A DNA stretch of 63,845 nt, filler included, from Alcyonidium flabelliforme (GCA_026167845.1; 56 parts of 56 records of this genome joined end to end with filler, not necessarily neighbours in it), one strand, 5' to 3'; positions 48,580-60,542 are shown, numbered from the whole stretch's first letter. Program-made: numbers and translations. Notes: generated by a model not told the origin, from the letters alone.

Positions 48580-49450
48580 CGGAAGGTGTCAACCTCATAT
48601 GGACAGTTAGTTAAAAGATAACATCTATTTTATATACCCAGCGGCTGTCAGCGTAGGGAAATTAACGCGATCATCTATAAATTCGCCGTCATCACTCGGC
48701 TTAACTGGGTTAATCGCAACAGATTTAGGCGGCATAGCCACTGTTGGCTTGCCTTTGGCAAACCGTGCTGGGTGTTTTTGGTAACCTGCATCTAAAGCCT
48801 GTTGTGTGTCCTTTGCTATTTCATGGTAGCTGCCTGTAAAAACTTGTTCAGGCGTGAAGCCAGCCAGCCCACTGTGATGGTGTTCTGCGTTGTACCAAGC
48901 AACGTAATCTTCAGTCCACAAACGAGCATGATGAATGTCATTAAAGCGACCTGGGTAATCAGGTTGGTATTTCTGAGTTTTAAACTGACTTTCACTATAA
49001 GGGTTGTCGTTACGCACTCGGGGACGACTGTGGCTACAGGTAATATCAAGCTCTCGCATTTGATCAAGATAGCCATGAGCCGTCATTGGGGAGCCGCGGT
49101 CTTGATGTAAAGTAAGCTGGCCTGGTGCAATTTTATACCGCTCTACCGTTTCGTCCATTAATTGCTTAGCCAGCGCACTGTTCTCTTTGATGGAAATCAT
49201 CCATGACACGATATAACGACTAAATAAATCCAGTACAACGTACAGTGACAAATACACGCCACGCCGAATAAGGGGGAGCTTGGTAATATCCCAAGTCCAA
49301 ACTTCGTTTGGTCTTGTCGCCAGCAGCCTAGGGATAGCATGATGCTGTGCAGCCCTTTGCTGGCGGCGCTCTCCGGTTTCGCCTCGTGTGCGCTGCAAAC
49401 GGTACATGGTGCTCACAGAGCACAGGTATTGGCCGTCTTCCAATAGACGC
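48580..49450 (-). mobile_element. IS3-family insertion sequence, 3' portion
   Basis: Carries the transposase gene. The probable terminus is near CGGAAGGTGTCAACC at about 48580-48594. Confidence 0.75.
48625..49449 (-). CDS. IS3-family DDE transposase (OrfB, integrase core), 5' truncated
   Basis: WTWDITKL..VVLDLFSRYIVSW..HQDRGS..HSRPRV.NDNPYSESQFKT.K..WYN..H.HSGL...TP. Confidence 0.92.
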   Translation of the reverse strand, partial: RLLEDGQYLCSVSTMYRLQRTRGETGERRQQRAAQHHAIPRLLATRPNEVWTWDITKLPLIRRGVYLSLYVVLDLFSRYIVSWMISIKENSALAKQLMDETVERYKIAPGQLTLHQDRGSPMTAHGYLDQMRELDITCSHSRPRVRNDNPYSESQFKTQKYQPDYPGRFNDIHHARLWTEDYVAWYNAEHHHSGLAGFTPEQVFTGSYHEIAKDTQQALDAGYQKHPARFAKGKPTVAMPPKSVAINPVKPSDDGEFIDDRVNFPTLTAAGYIK

Positions 49451-49550
49451 NNNNNNNNNNNNNNNNNNNNNNNNNNNNNNNNNNNNNNNNNNNNTTAATT
49501 AATTAANNNNNNNNNNNNNNNNNNNNNNNNNNNNNNNNNNNNNNNNNNNN

Positions 49551-50025
49551 CACTTTGAAATTGATACAGCTTTTGAAAGGTCATTTGCAGCTAGGTGATA
49601 CAGTCAAAATGATCCAAGAATATGAAGTAGTGTAGTTTTATGTTCTGTTTCCATATGTGGCATGTATATGTAGTCCTTTGAGTAAACATTGCATAATTTC
49701 ATTCACCAATTTTTATTTAGGGTGAAGACATCTATAGCACTAAACCTTCAAAATCATGGGTCTCAGTTTAAGCATAGAAAGCGTACCAATATGAGTTGAA
49801 GCAGTAGTCTTTTTTTGTTTTTGTAAGGATGTTACAATTTATGACGTTATTATGTTGTTACATGACATAAACACTTGGTCGATAAGTTTTGCATAAATGT
49901 CTTCAGTATTTACAGAGATATGAGTAAAAACGTTTGAAAAACTTGGTCACTTTGAAATCGATATAGCTTTTAAAGGTCAATATCAGCTAGGTAATACAGT
50001 CAAAATGATCCAATAATATGAATAT
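49551..50025. repeat. Diverged tandem repeat with a unit of about 397 bp
   Basis: 49551-49626 recurs with divergence at about 49948-50022. Confidence 0.7.
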
Positions 50026-50033
50026 AAAATTAA

Positions 50034-50330
50034 CTATATCCCATACAAGTGTGGACCCAGTGTGCTATTCAGGTTATTCATTAAGTTTACAAGACTAAAC
50101 ATTGTTTTGGGCTTACAATACTCAGCAGGTATATATGTCTTTCTTATTTCATTATACAAAGGACAGATGTATATAAACTGCAAATCATGTTCTAGTCTGT
50201 TTTCTTCTAATTCATTCATGCAGAACATACATAATCTATATTCCAACTCAATTCCTAGGTGCCTATATTTATATAGGCACATGAATGGTATATGGCTATA
50301 GATATTTCAAGTATCTGGCTAGAATTGAGT
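50034..50330 (-). mobile_element. Decayed LINE C-terminal zinc-knuckle region
   Basis: RLCMFC...LEHDLQFIYICPLYNEIRK resembles the R.C..C...E.E.HF...CP.Y..R pattern of non-LTR ORF2 ends. Confidence 0.6.
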
Positions 50331-50843
50331 TTCATTTAATATCTTTTTGGCTATAATTATCATAAAATTTATGCGAACATGCATCCACTGAATAGTTCGC
50401 ACATACTGTAATAATAGTTCTAGTTTGTAGGTATGTAACTAAATGTTTGTTTCAAATTCTATTTTATTGTGCAACCCTTTAATAGTTGTATAAATAGAAG
50501 GAAACAAGTGTCTTTGGTATTTTTTATTGGTGTTTTAACAAATAGCTGCAAATTTATGATTAGTCCNNNNNNNNNNNNNNNNNNNNNNNNNNNNNNNNNN
50601 NNNNNNNNNNTTAATTAATTAANNNNNNNNNNNNNNNNNNNNNNNNNNNNNNNNNNNNNNNNNNNNAGGATGGCCTAGATAAACACGCCGTTGGAACGAT
50701 GGAGAAATACAGAAGGCTGTCCGGATGATGGGGATAACAGATTCAGATGGGTACTTTTTTGATGGGGGGGGGGTCGAGGGACAGGGACCGCCAGGGGTAG
50801 AGCAGGAATCAGGCAGTGGTGCGGGGGTGGGGGGGTGAAAATA

Positions 50844-51281
50844 ATGGAATCAATTGTAGCTGAATACCAACCCATAAGAGGGTTGACGAGAATAATGGTT
50901 TTACAGAATCCGTTAACACTTCAATTCAAGAACGATAAAAAAGAAACTGTTAATCTTGTTGATGATGAATCGCTAGAAATAAGGTCACAGATACAGCGTG
51001 TATGGAGCCTTTTAACACACGACATGAACACATCAGGAATGCCGATAATAGTTCTTCATGATAAAAAGATGTACGACATTTTTTACAGTAGCTCGGGCTA
51101 CATATTCAGGTGCCTAGACCGGAGAAGTAACTATTGTTGCATCATCGGTCGGCCGATAACACCACACCACATTTTTTATATGCTAGATAATAATTGCGGG
51201 TGGGAAATAGCTGTAAATTCTTTACGGATGACATCTTCAACATTTGAAGCATGGGCGGGCAGAAAATCATGGATTATTTAA
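50844..51281 (+). CDS. Hypothetical protein (145 aa), possibly viral
   Basis: Clean ORF with globular-protein composition, good start context (ATAATGG), and overlap with the next ORF. Confidence 0.5.
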   Translation: MESIVAEYQPIRGLTRIMVLQNPLTLQFKNDKKETVNLVDDESLEIRSQIQRVWSLLTHDMNTSGMPIIVLHDKKMYDIFYSSSGYIFRCLDRRSNYCCIIGRPITPHHIFYMLDNNCGWEIAVNSLRMTSSTFEAWAGRKSWII

Positions 51282-51517
51282 CTAGGAATGTAATCGACTG
51301 GTATTACTACAGACAATTTGATAAGACAGGCACGCTATCAAGTGACCTAATAGGCCAGTTAAACGCCACTGGCTGGACTTTAGGACTTCACACACCCTCT
51401 GGGTGCGTTTATGTCTTTAAGAACGATAAGACAGGCGTACAGATGTGTTCACGACCTTCTAACGTTTTAGTAGAAATTCATTCAGAAAATAACGAATTAA
51501 TTACGACAAAAAGGTGA
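51269..51517 (+). CDS. Hypothetical protein (82 aa), possibly viral
   Basis: ATCATGG start overlapping the upstream stop by 13 nt. Confidence 0.45.
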   Translation: MDYLTRNVIDWYYYRQFDKTGTLSSDLIGQLNATGWTLGLHTPSGCVYVFKNDKTGVQMCSRPSNVLVEIHSENNELITTKR

Positions 51518-51901
51518 TCCCCTTGGGAACAACGGACTTTTTGCTTACAAACAGCATTTAAGCTATGCCAAACAACAAAAAAGAACAGGAAAGTTGGAGC
51601 CTTTTAGAAATTGCTCAGAAAATTTTACCCTTTGGTAATCCGATACAAAAATGCAGAAGAATCCCAAGGGGACAGGTACAANNNNNNNNNNNNNNNNNNN
51701 NNNNNNNNNNNNNNNNNNNNNNNNNTTAATTAATTAANNNNNNNNNNNNNNNNNNNNNNNNNNNNNNNNNNNNNNNNNNNNCTTTACAGTTTCTGCAGTT
51801 TCTACAGTTTGTAAACTAGCGACACCTAGTGGCGGAACTTCCTCTGGTGACCAACCCCTTAGCACTAAAACCCTGATGACAACTCTGAGATCAACCTTCT
51901 C

Positions 51902-52455
51902 CATACCTGCCAACCCTACCGATTTACGCGGTAGCCTACCGCTTTTGGATCACTCCCAACGCCTACCGCATTCACTAGTCAGACCTACCGCTTTCTGAAA
52001 ATTGTTGTTGAAAAAAAATAAGTAGTTGTCTTGTCAGTTTTGTGCTCGTTTTTTCACTGTAACATCGCTGCGCTCCTGCAAAAACTCTGTTGCTTTTCCG
52101 AAACAAACTTTAGCGAAGCCAGGCGGACGATATCGAAACCATATGCGAGACCTGGCGGATGATATAAAGCCTTGTTTTCTTATCTCGTCGGCGATTGGTT
52201 CTCATTATGTTACCTTTAAAGTATCGACCTATAGGAAATAACGAAACAACAAGCATTTATTTTCGTCTGGTCGCTTCTTCGTCTGGTCAACGGCGACGTT
52301 CTGATGGAAACAGCAGAGAAAAACAAGAAAACGCGCGGTGGGCAAATGGGTACAAAACAAGCTGGAAAAGTCAGTTTAGCTTTGTAAAGCCTTCTCGTAA
52401 AGGTGATGAATACGCACATTGTAACATTTGCCGCTCTGACTTTTCAATTGTATAG
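51902..52455 (+). mobile_element. hAT (Blackjack-like) transposon left end with a truncated zinc-finger transposase start
   Basis: CATACCTGCCAAC terminus, four CCTACCG subterminal repeats, then YKTSWKSQFSFVKPSRKGDEYAHCNICRSDFSI (BED-like). Confidence 0.7.
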
Positions 52456-52685
52456 CGCTAAGTATTAGGCCCGAAATTATACCAAAGCTACAAAGTACCA
52501 AACCCGAACATTTTTTACACGTACCTATGGTAAAATCAAGACCCAAACTTGTACCTACTGAAAAATCATGACTGGAACTTATACCTACCGTGGTTAATAT
52601 CACAATGGTCACAGAATCAATCGCTTGCCATGACCCCAAGGTCATTCTTAAAATATAGTCAATGCAGTCCAAGTGTTTGTCATGT

Positions 52686-52756
52686 GACGGTGGTGTAGTG
52701 ATTAGCACGTCCGCCTTTCAAGCAAAAGGTCGTGGGTTCAAATCCCGATACTGGCA
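52686..52756 (+). mobile_element. tRNA-derived SINE head (Glu-like)
   Basis: A-box TGGTGTAGTGATTAG, CTTTCAA loop and B-box GGTTCAAATCC. The acceptor stem does not pair. Confidence 0.65.
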
Positions 52757-52892
52757 TGGAAATTAACAAGGTATAAAAACCTGGCTCTCAACNNNNNNNN
52801 NNNNNNNNNNNNNNNNNNNNNNNNNNNNNNNNNNNNTTAATTAATTAANNNNNNNNNNNNNNNNNNNNNNNNNNNNNNNNNNNNNNNNNNNN

Positions 52893-52921
52893 CGTTGTGT
52901 CTTTGAGCAAGACACTTTACT
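52893..52921 (+). mobile_element. CORE-like SINE body fragment
   Basis: GTTGTGTCTTTGAGCAAGACACTTTAC hairpin motif. Confidence 0.5.
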
Positions 52922-52930
52922 GGCGTTGCT

Positions 52931-53117
52931 CCCCCGGGGGGGGCACTTAGCTTGAAGGCTATACGGGGACGTGCCGCCCAGAAGGGTGACTTTTTTCGCG
53001 AGAATTCCCTAGGAAAGGGTGGTCATTTGGTGAAAATTCCCTAGGAAAGGGTGGTTATTTTCGTGAGAATTCCCTAGGAAAGGGTCCTATTTTCGTGAGA
53101 ATTCTCCAGGAAAGGGT
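52931..53117 (+). mobile_element. Left end of a CCCGGGGG-terminus MITE with internal tandem repeats of about 32 bp
   Basis: CCCCCGGGGGGGGCAC start; AATTCCCTAGGAAAGGGT x3 plus one variant. Same architecture as 2463-3010. Confidence 0.6.
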
Positions 53118-54608
53118 ACGTTTTTTTATTGGCTATGAACTTGACTTTGAAATAGATTGTATGGGCTTTCTCAGGCATTAGCAAACTGAAAGTCGGCGAA
53201 TTCCTACCAAAAGTACATGCGTGTTTTGTAAAATCTTTAGATGTAACGTGCCCAAAAAAATGTTTATTACCTCTTTTGCCTTTGAAATCTGATTGAAACA
53301 TTGAGATAAGAGTCCATTGTATCTTATTTGAAGATTTTTAGTCAATAATACTTGACATCTTTTCCATGAAATTACAAAACATCCCAGCAGTGTCAAAAGT
53401 GAATGTGGCTTTGACCTACATTGTCATGTGACCAACATTGTCCATACAACCAGAGGTGGAGCTTTTTAATTGATTTAATTCATTCAGTTTCAAACAAAAA
53501 GGCTTTAGTTTTCCATTTTCACATCTTTTAACTACATTTTAGTCAACAAATCTATTTGAATAATAATGAATAAAGTATTTTACAAGTTTTGGCTTCATTT
53601 TAAAGATTTATTCTATCAAAAAATAAACAATTTTGATCTTAGTTTTTTAATTTTAATTAAATTTGAAAATTGCATTTATTTTCAATTTTTGATATCTTTT
53701 ACATGCATTTTAGTTTAAGAAATCTAGTTGACGTGAGGAATGTAACAACTGACTAGTTCTTGCTTCATTACCGTTAACTGCAATTCTATTAATTCTTTTT
53801 AATTTTTTAAATTAAATTTATTTATATTGCACCAAATGGCAGGAAATGACACCTAGTTTTCAGGGGGCTGGTGAACTATATATTTTGGGCCAGTAATAGT
53901 GTGNNNNNNNNNNNNNNNNNNNNNNNNNNNNNNNNNNNNNNNNNNNNTTAATTAATTAANNNNNNNNNNNNNNNNNNNNNNNNNNNNNNNNNNNNNNNNN
54001 NNNTATAAAGCAACTGGGGCCGTTCGTGAAACACAATATTTTAAAATGGATATTAAAGATAGAAGTAAGTATAATAATTATTATATTAATAGCTAGGAGT
54101 AAATATAATGGGGTATAGTTAATGTACATTAACATTAGTTTTATAATTTAGATATATAGTCGGATAACAATCAGTAAGATTGCATTCACTTCGATGTTTT
54201 TTTGTATATAGCTGATCGTTCAGTACTGATAAAAAGGTATTTTAAGGCTGGTGCATCACGAGGTGTACGTCGGTCGCAATTCCGACTATGCTTGAGGACT
54301 TTGATGGACAATCAACTGAGTTTGCATCAGTTGTATATTCGGAGATTTTATAATAATTTATAATAATATAATATATAAAAGATTGGCTTCATTATTTCCA
54401 TTTCATGTCCTATGCGACCCAGGGATATGCTTAACGATGCTTGTACATTGTAGACTGAACTGGTGTTCGTGTTATCGTGAAGAAAGTGGCTACTGACCGT
54501 ACACTCTGTTGGACATTAACAACATCCATATGTTGTTTAACACTATATATTAGTGTTTACATTAAACAGTTATCACTCCTGCTTGTTGACAACATCGTAA
54601 AAACAACA

Positions 54609-54983
54609 GTATCTGTATCTGTATCTGTATAAATGCGTTGAATTGCCAATTTCTGGTATATAATCAACGGAGAGAGAGAGTAGCAACAAATTAATCACGA
54701 TTTAAGGCCACCTTGAAACTGTCGACTGACTTCTCCTTGACGACCTCAGTTGGTTCCAATCTATTACAGTGCTTGGAAAGAATGAGTGTCTATAAATATC
54801 TGTATTACAATGAGTGATCTGAAAGCAGCGATGATTATTTGTAGAGTATCTCGTTAATATATTACTAGCATCATAATCCACAAACTGTTTAGGATTTACA
54901 GATTGTCTGTGTCTCTGTGGCCTAGGGTGGAACTTGCTTTTTGATAATAGTATAGTTATACCCAAATATGGATTGTTCTGCAC
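54609..54983 (-). mobile_element. 3' end of a CR1/L2-like LINE with a short tandem tail
   Basis: YRHSFFPSTVIDWNQL ORF2-terminal motif followed by a 3' UTR and a (GATACA)n tail. Confidence 0.75.
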
Positions 54984-55114
54984 ATGTGTTAATATATGTC
55001 CACTAAGATCGTACNNNNNNNNNNNNNNNNNNNNNNNNNNNNNNNNNNNNNNNNNNNNTTAATTAATTAANNNNNNNNNNNNNNNNNNNNNNNNNNNNNN
55101 NNNNNNNNNNNNNN

Positions 55115-55318
55115 TCGTCAAGCCTAAAACCTTATGGTAATCATTCTTTCAAAGATTTTTTAGTTGATACTCGACATTCTTTCAAATTTAAAGAATGTAC
55201 TGAAACTGAAGTGAAAAACTTAATAATACAGTTAAAATCGGAAAACACATATGGTGTTGATGGGATATCATGCAATACTAGTAGAAAAAATTGTAATACC
55301 CTGAGTAAACCCATCACT
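55115..55318 (+). mobile_element. Decayed LINE pre-RT fragment
   Basis: FKFKECTETEVKNLIIQLK...GVDGIS...LSKPIT. Confidence 0.55.
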
Positions 55319-55797
55319 TTAAAGGGATATGTGACGCGTAGTAATGAACGGAACTATTTTGTCTTCAAAACCTAACAAAACGGCTACAACTTCACGATTT
55401 TACTTCAAAAATGTTCAAAAGGAACTTGTTATAAGACAATCCATATGCTAAAATTCCTATTCAAAGAGTTTTAAAAAATGAATTCGTTTTGTGAGCACAA
55501 AACGAATTTAGCCAAAAATTTATCGATTATTGGAATCCAGCGCACTCTTCATTATCAAAGCACGTGTCGCATCTAAATGCACGTTACACGCGCAAAATGA
55601 ATGCGCTATGCTTATAATGGCGAGCGAAAAAGAAGTTTTCTTTTGATATTTTTCAAACGATTTTCGTTTTAAACAATTGGTTAACTGTCATGTTAATGAC
55701 TGAATTTTTACAGAAGTTCATAAAAATAATCCAAGTACATGTTACAGTGGTATTTTTTCATTTATTTAGACCAAAAAGTCGTCATATATCGCTTTAA
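55319..55797. mobile_element. TTAA-flanked MITE (Kolobok-like), 471 bp
   Basis: TTAA-AGGGATATGTGACG ... CGTCATATATCGCT-TTAA: 14-bp TIR (12/14 match) plus TTAA duplication. Confidence 0.75.
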
Positions 55798-56354
55798 ATA
55801 TGCAATAAAACAATAATTATATTCCCACTTGTTTGTGCTACAATTTTTCAATCGCTTAGTACCGAAACAACCAAACCTGGTAGCTTGGTCTTCCTTACGT
55901 ATATTTTACGTATGGCACCACTGTTTCTGATCATTTTTACTTCAGTATTTCATCTTCCTACTTTAAAAAGTCTACGTTCAATCCTGAACATTATTGACTT
56001 GTTTTAAAACCGAGCACAGGGGTTAGACAGACCTTTGAAAAATGCTCACAGGTCTACTACCCAGATTTGAACGTGTAACATCCAGTTGTAAGTGGAGTTG
56101 TGATTGTGCTGGCGCTCTAGATGGCNNNNNNNNNNNNNNNNNNNNNNNNNNNNNNNNNNNNNNNNNNNNTTAATTAATTAANNNNNNNNNNNNNNNNNNN
56201 NNNNNNNNNNNNNNNNNNNNNNNNNTCTGCAGTTCATACTGAAACTAGAATTGATGCAGAACCAAACCCCGACCATTGTCGGGATGGGGAGACGGGCAGT
56301 ACTCTTGCGGCGCTAAGCACATCCGGGGAGGAGAGTCACATACCGCCCTTGAAG

Positions 56355-56879
56355 ATGACTTCAGCGTGGAGCCCTTTGGAAAAGAGACAATTGCGCGCTT
56401 TCTTGAGTACCAGGGGGCACTTGAGTTGGTCGCGGATAGCGCAAGAATACGAGGAGATATTCCACAGGGGACGAAGTCCTTCATCTATTTCTGGTCAGGC
56501 TCGCTGCCTTGGTCTATCTGTTGGTCGCAAGCCAAGAAAAAAACCAGCCCAGCCAGCCCAGCCAGCCAAGCGCGATCCGCTGGTGCTGAAAGTCCGTTTT
56601 CCATCAGACAAACCATCTCTGACCGAGCAGACTAAGTCAGCCGAACGCGTCCAGCAGCCAACAGGGAACAGCCTTGGCGAAGAAGATCCCGGAAAAATCT
56701 CTGAGCATACCCCTCAGTTGCCAGATATGGCAAGTTCCCCTATGAACGTCCATGTGGCCAGTCCTTCCGTTGGCCCCAATGTACCTTCCATGATGCAATT
56801 CATCACAACCAAGGATCACGCAAATGTTCGACAGTCAAATCATGTATCACCTGGATCATTTGGTTTGATATTGAATTGA
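56355..56879 (+). CDS. Fungal Myb/SANT-like domain protein
   Basis: WSPLEKRQL..LSWSRIAQEY..F..RSPSSI followed by a low-complexity tail. Confidence 0.55.
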   Translation: MTSAWSPLEKRQLRAFLSTRGHLSWSRIAQEYEEIFHRGRSPSSISGQARCLGLSVGRKPRKKPAQPAQPAKRDPLVLKVRFPSDKPSLTEQTKSAERVQQPTGNSLGEEDPGKISEHTPQLPDMASSPMNVHVASPSVGPNVPSMMQFITTKDHANVRQSNHVSPGSFGLILN

Positions 56880-57897
56880 AGCGTCTCCTGATTCTTCATA
56901 GTCACGGTAGCTATCGAACGCTTCACGTCGATCGAATTGCAAATAAGACGCGACTATGCCACTTTGTATGCTAGAGCATTCATCTTCTATAGCCTCATAA
57001 CATGGGCTGTTTTACTGTGTTCATTCACGCCTACGTTCGATCAACGGAGGAACAGGCGCGTGTGGACTTGGCAAGCTTGCTCACCGTTGGTTTTGCAGGG
57101 CTAGCAAGACAAACATGAATGGGTGAAAATGGTAATTTACCAGCGGTAACTGGTGCCAATAAAGGCGGGGTGTTGGGCCAAGTTTGTTTTGCCTGACCAG
57201 TTATATTTTAGTTTACATACGTGCACCTATGTNNNNNNNNNNNNNNNNNNNNNNNNNNNNNNNNNNNNNNNNNNNNTTAATTAATTAANNNNNNNNNNNN
57301 NNNNNNNNNNNNNNNNNNNNNNNNNNNNNNNNTCATGGGCAGGGGGAATGGATACTAGCCTCAAACGCGACATGGGCCACAATATTTTACACTTGCATGA
57401 CGTCTTTGACACAAAGGCTAATCCGGCTTTCGACCCACTGCTACGTGAATTGCAAACTAAGTGCTCCGACTCGACTGAGGATATCAATATCGCGGCTGAG
57501 AATGCCGTGCTAGCTTTGGATGAAGTCCTGAAACATTTTTGAAGCGCTGGGGAAAGCATACCATGTGCTCATACAACCCCATAGCATAGCCGACAATACA
57601 CTGGTTAGTTATGACGGCCCGAAATGAACCGGATCAAATTTTATGGGGCCTTTTAAGCTTCAGGAGTCGATGCGCCTTGAAATGGACGCCATGCTATACT
57701 ACTGGTGACGGCCTAGTCACGTGGGTTGACTATCACGTGTAGTGATGTTGTTTACTTTGTTGTTGATAGCAGTGTCTCCTCCTTTCCCCCATTTCCTCTT
57801 TCCTCGTGTTGATTATTCTCGTCGATAGCTACCTAGGTAGAACACATGAGTTGATGCTCCATTATCCCAGCTGAGCTCCGTGACAGTGTACACTGCT

Positions 57898-58337
57898 CTA
57901 TACAGGCTCGGAGAGGTTTGTGCTTGGTTTGTACACTCTTGCCAAAAAGATTGATCCATTTAGGGACTGCTCGAGCCTGGTCTTCGGGGACAGCGATAAT
58001 GAGAGTGCTAGATAATGGATTTTATTTGAAAAGTAAAACTTCAAGGGGGATAGGTCTGTCTGTAGCTTGAACTCATCCAAGGCCATTTGCTCATTTATGG
58101 GCACTTGAGTCCCATCATAGCTGGTATACTGCTGTGGCGCGTTTGGTAGCGCAAATATGGCCCATTTCTGTTCGACTTCTACTTTAGATCCTTCAAGGAG
58201 GGCCTCCAGGGCCTCCTTGCGTTCCATGAGAAGCTGGAGGCTCAGGTGATCTTTAGGCCAGATTGCTAGTCCTGAAGGCACCTGTCGGATCTCTCTGACA
58301 GCAGAGGCACATGACTCATCCAGGTGTTCCCTCAATA
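57898..58337 (-). mobile_element. Fungal non-LTR (Tad1-like) ORF1/gag fragment, decayed
   Basis: VREIRQVPSGLAIWPK..L..VE...W..F...P...SYDG pattern; the frame degenerates near 58020. Confidence 0.5.
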
Positions 58338-58437
58338 NNNNNNNNNNNNNNNNNNNNNNNNNNNNNNNNNNNNNNNNNNNNTTAATTAATTAANNNNNNN
58401 NNNNNNNNNNNNNNNNNNNNNNNNNNNNNNNNNNNNN

Positions 58438-58878
58438 GATATCGGGTGGCAACAGGGGAGACCGGTGGGTCCCCTAACCCGGAGTGCCAGTGGTTAAACA
58501 ATGAAAATTAAGACGGGGTACCTGGCCGACAAGTCGACCGAATCGACGGGTCGGAGGAGCACCGAGGCGAGAACCTAGAGCACCGTGCCCTCTCGTTCAG
58601 CGAGGGGGCGGGCTCGCCACCAGGCGAGGTTCAAAGAGTCGTGTCAGGCGAGAGGAAGACGGCGGGCCCCCAACCCGTGTGGTGGGGTCGATCCCCGTGT
58701 CCTCGCCTCCGCGTCCGAGTGCCCGGACGCCCACCTGCAGAGACGCTTCGGCGTCCGGCACGACCGCCCCGTCGAACATCTGTTCCCATTAGTAACTTTG
58801 TTGTTTTCGGGACTGTCTCGTTAGACAGTCCGACCGGCGAGCAGCTCCGCCCGGAGCGTCGTCGTGAAAGTTGAAATA
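58438..58878 (+). other. ITS1 (partial)
   Basis: GC-rich spacer immediately upstream of 5.8S. Confidence 0.75.
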
Positions 58879-59035
58879 CAACTCTAAGCGGTGGATCACT
58901 CGGCTCGTGTGTCGATGAAGAGCGCAGCCAGCTGCGTGAAGTAATGTGAATTGCAGGACTCATTGAACATCGACATCTTGAACGCACATTGCGGCTCCGG
59001 GTCACTCCCGGGGCCACGCCTGTCTGAGGGTCGGC
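58879..59035 (+). rRNA. 5.8S rRNA (metazoan, lophotrochozoan-like)
   Basis: AACTCTAAGCGGTGGATCACTCGGCTCG..GATGAAGAGCGCAGCCAGCTGCG..GAATTGCAGG..TTGAACGCA..GTCTGAGGGTC. Confidence 0.97.
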
Positions 59036-59341
59036 TTGCTAACAATCGCAGGTTCGCCTGCGCCCTGGGCCGTCGCAGCGTCCGTCGCGCGGCGACACCT
59101 TCGGTGTCGTGTCGTGCGGCGGGGCTTCGTCGCCCGAAGTGCAGACCGGTCCGGAACACGACCGAGCGTCCCCGGAGCGTCGGTGGGATCCGATAGCGGC
59201 GGGACGGTGGCTCGCGGGTGCCAGCAGTGCCCAACGAGCGTGCCGTGTCGTCTTCCCTCCGCGCCCGGCGGTTCGCCGGTCGTCGTTGGCGACCGAACGG
59301 TGTACGTGCTCGCCTGTGCGCGGGACCAGCAACTCACTGTT
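59036..59341 (+). other. ITS2
   Basis: GC-rich spacer between 5.8S and 28S. Confidence 0.9.
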
Positions 59342-59440
59342 CGACCTCAGATCAGACGTGAACACCCGCTGAATTTAAGCATATCATTAAGCGGAGGAAA
59401 AGAAACTAACAAGGATTCCCCTAGTAACGGCGAGTGAAGC
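59342..59440 (+). rRNA. 28S rRNA 5' end (partial)
   Basis: GACCTCAGATCAG..ACCCGCTGAATTTAAGCATAT..AAGCGGAGGAAAAGAAACTAAC..AGTAACGGCGAGTGAAGC. Confidence 0.97.
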
Positions 59441-59602
59441 NNNNNNNNNNNNNNNNNNNNNNNNNNNNNNNNNNNNNNNNNNNNTTAATTAATTAANNNN
59501 NNNNNNNNNNNNNNNNNNNNNNNNNNNNNNNNNNNNNNNNGGGGTTTGACAATTGTTGACATGGGGGAGGGGGGGAGTTCAAGATAAATTGACGTCAACA
59601 AT

Positions 59603-60542
59603 GTTATAAGGTAGCACAGCAAGTGCAACCTATTGAGATTGTATCTTTTTTTCTTTTTTTTTCTTATTTTTCTTCCAATTTTCAAACATCTATATTTTAG
59701 AAACGCTTTGAGCTACAGGTACCAAACTTGAGGTGTAGACTTAGTAGGGAGGGGGACATACAAAAATTAGGTCAGGGGTCAATTTGAGGTCAGTAGGTCA
59801 AATTTCAAAAATGTCTTAAAACGTTCAAAAATGAAGATATCTGGTGACCTAAAGGTCACCTTGATGATTTTTGAGGTCTTTTATTGGTCAAAAGGTCAGA
59901 TTTTTTATTTTTAGCATGTTTAGCTAATTGTAATAAGGAAAAGTGTCTACATCAAGACAGAGTGGTACTACAGTCATGTAATGTGACATATGACATCCCT
60001 GGGGTAAGATAACTGACCTTAGAGGTCAAAAGGTCATTCAGGGGTCAAAAGGTCAAAATCTTAAAATTGCATTTAACTTACAAAAATGATGGTTCTATGT
60101 CATTTACAGGTAATTTAGGGGTCATATGGTCATTTTGAGGTCAAAAGGTCAAAAAAATTAATTTCCAGAAATTTGATGAAAAGTTCAAAAATGAAGTTAA
60201 AAGGCCATTTAGAGGTTATCTTAGAGGTAAAGGTCACCCAGAGGTTCTTTGGATATCAATGGGTCCAGGATAATCCTAATAGGTCTGGATAACCACCTAT
60301 TTCTGTGTGCAACCTGGCCTTTGCTAAAAGGCGTTTCTAGTTCTTATTAGGTTGCACAGCAAGTGCAATCTATTGAGATTGTATCTTTTTTCTTTTTTTT
60401 TCTTCCAATTTTCAAACGTCTATAACTTGGAGACGCTTTGAGCTATGGGTGTCAAACTTAAGGTGTGGACTTAGTAGGGAGGGGGGCATACAAAAATTAG
60501 GTCAGTGATCAATTTGAGGTCAATATGTCAAATTTCAAAAAT
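59603..60542. repeat. About 740-bp tandem repeat, rich in AGGTCA
   Basis: 59614-59812 recurs with divergence at 60354-60542. Confidence 0.85.

Noticed and set aside
52686..52756. Functional tRNA-Glu
   Set aside because: The acceptor and anticodon stems do not pair properly; it fits a SINE head better.
58585..59437. Many overlapping GC-rich ORFs
   Set aside because: They are shadows of ITS and rRNA sequence.
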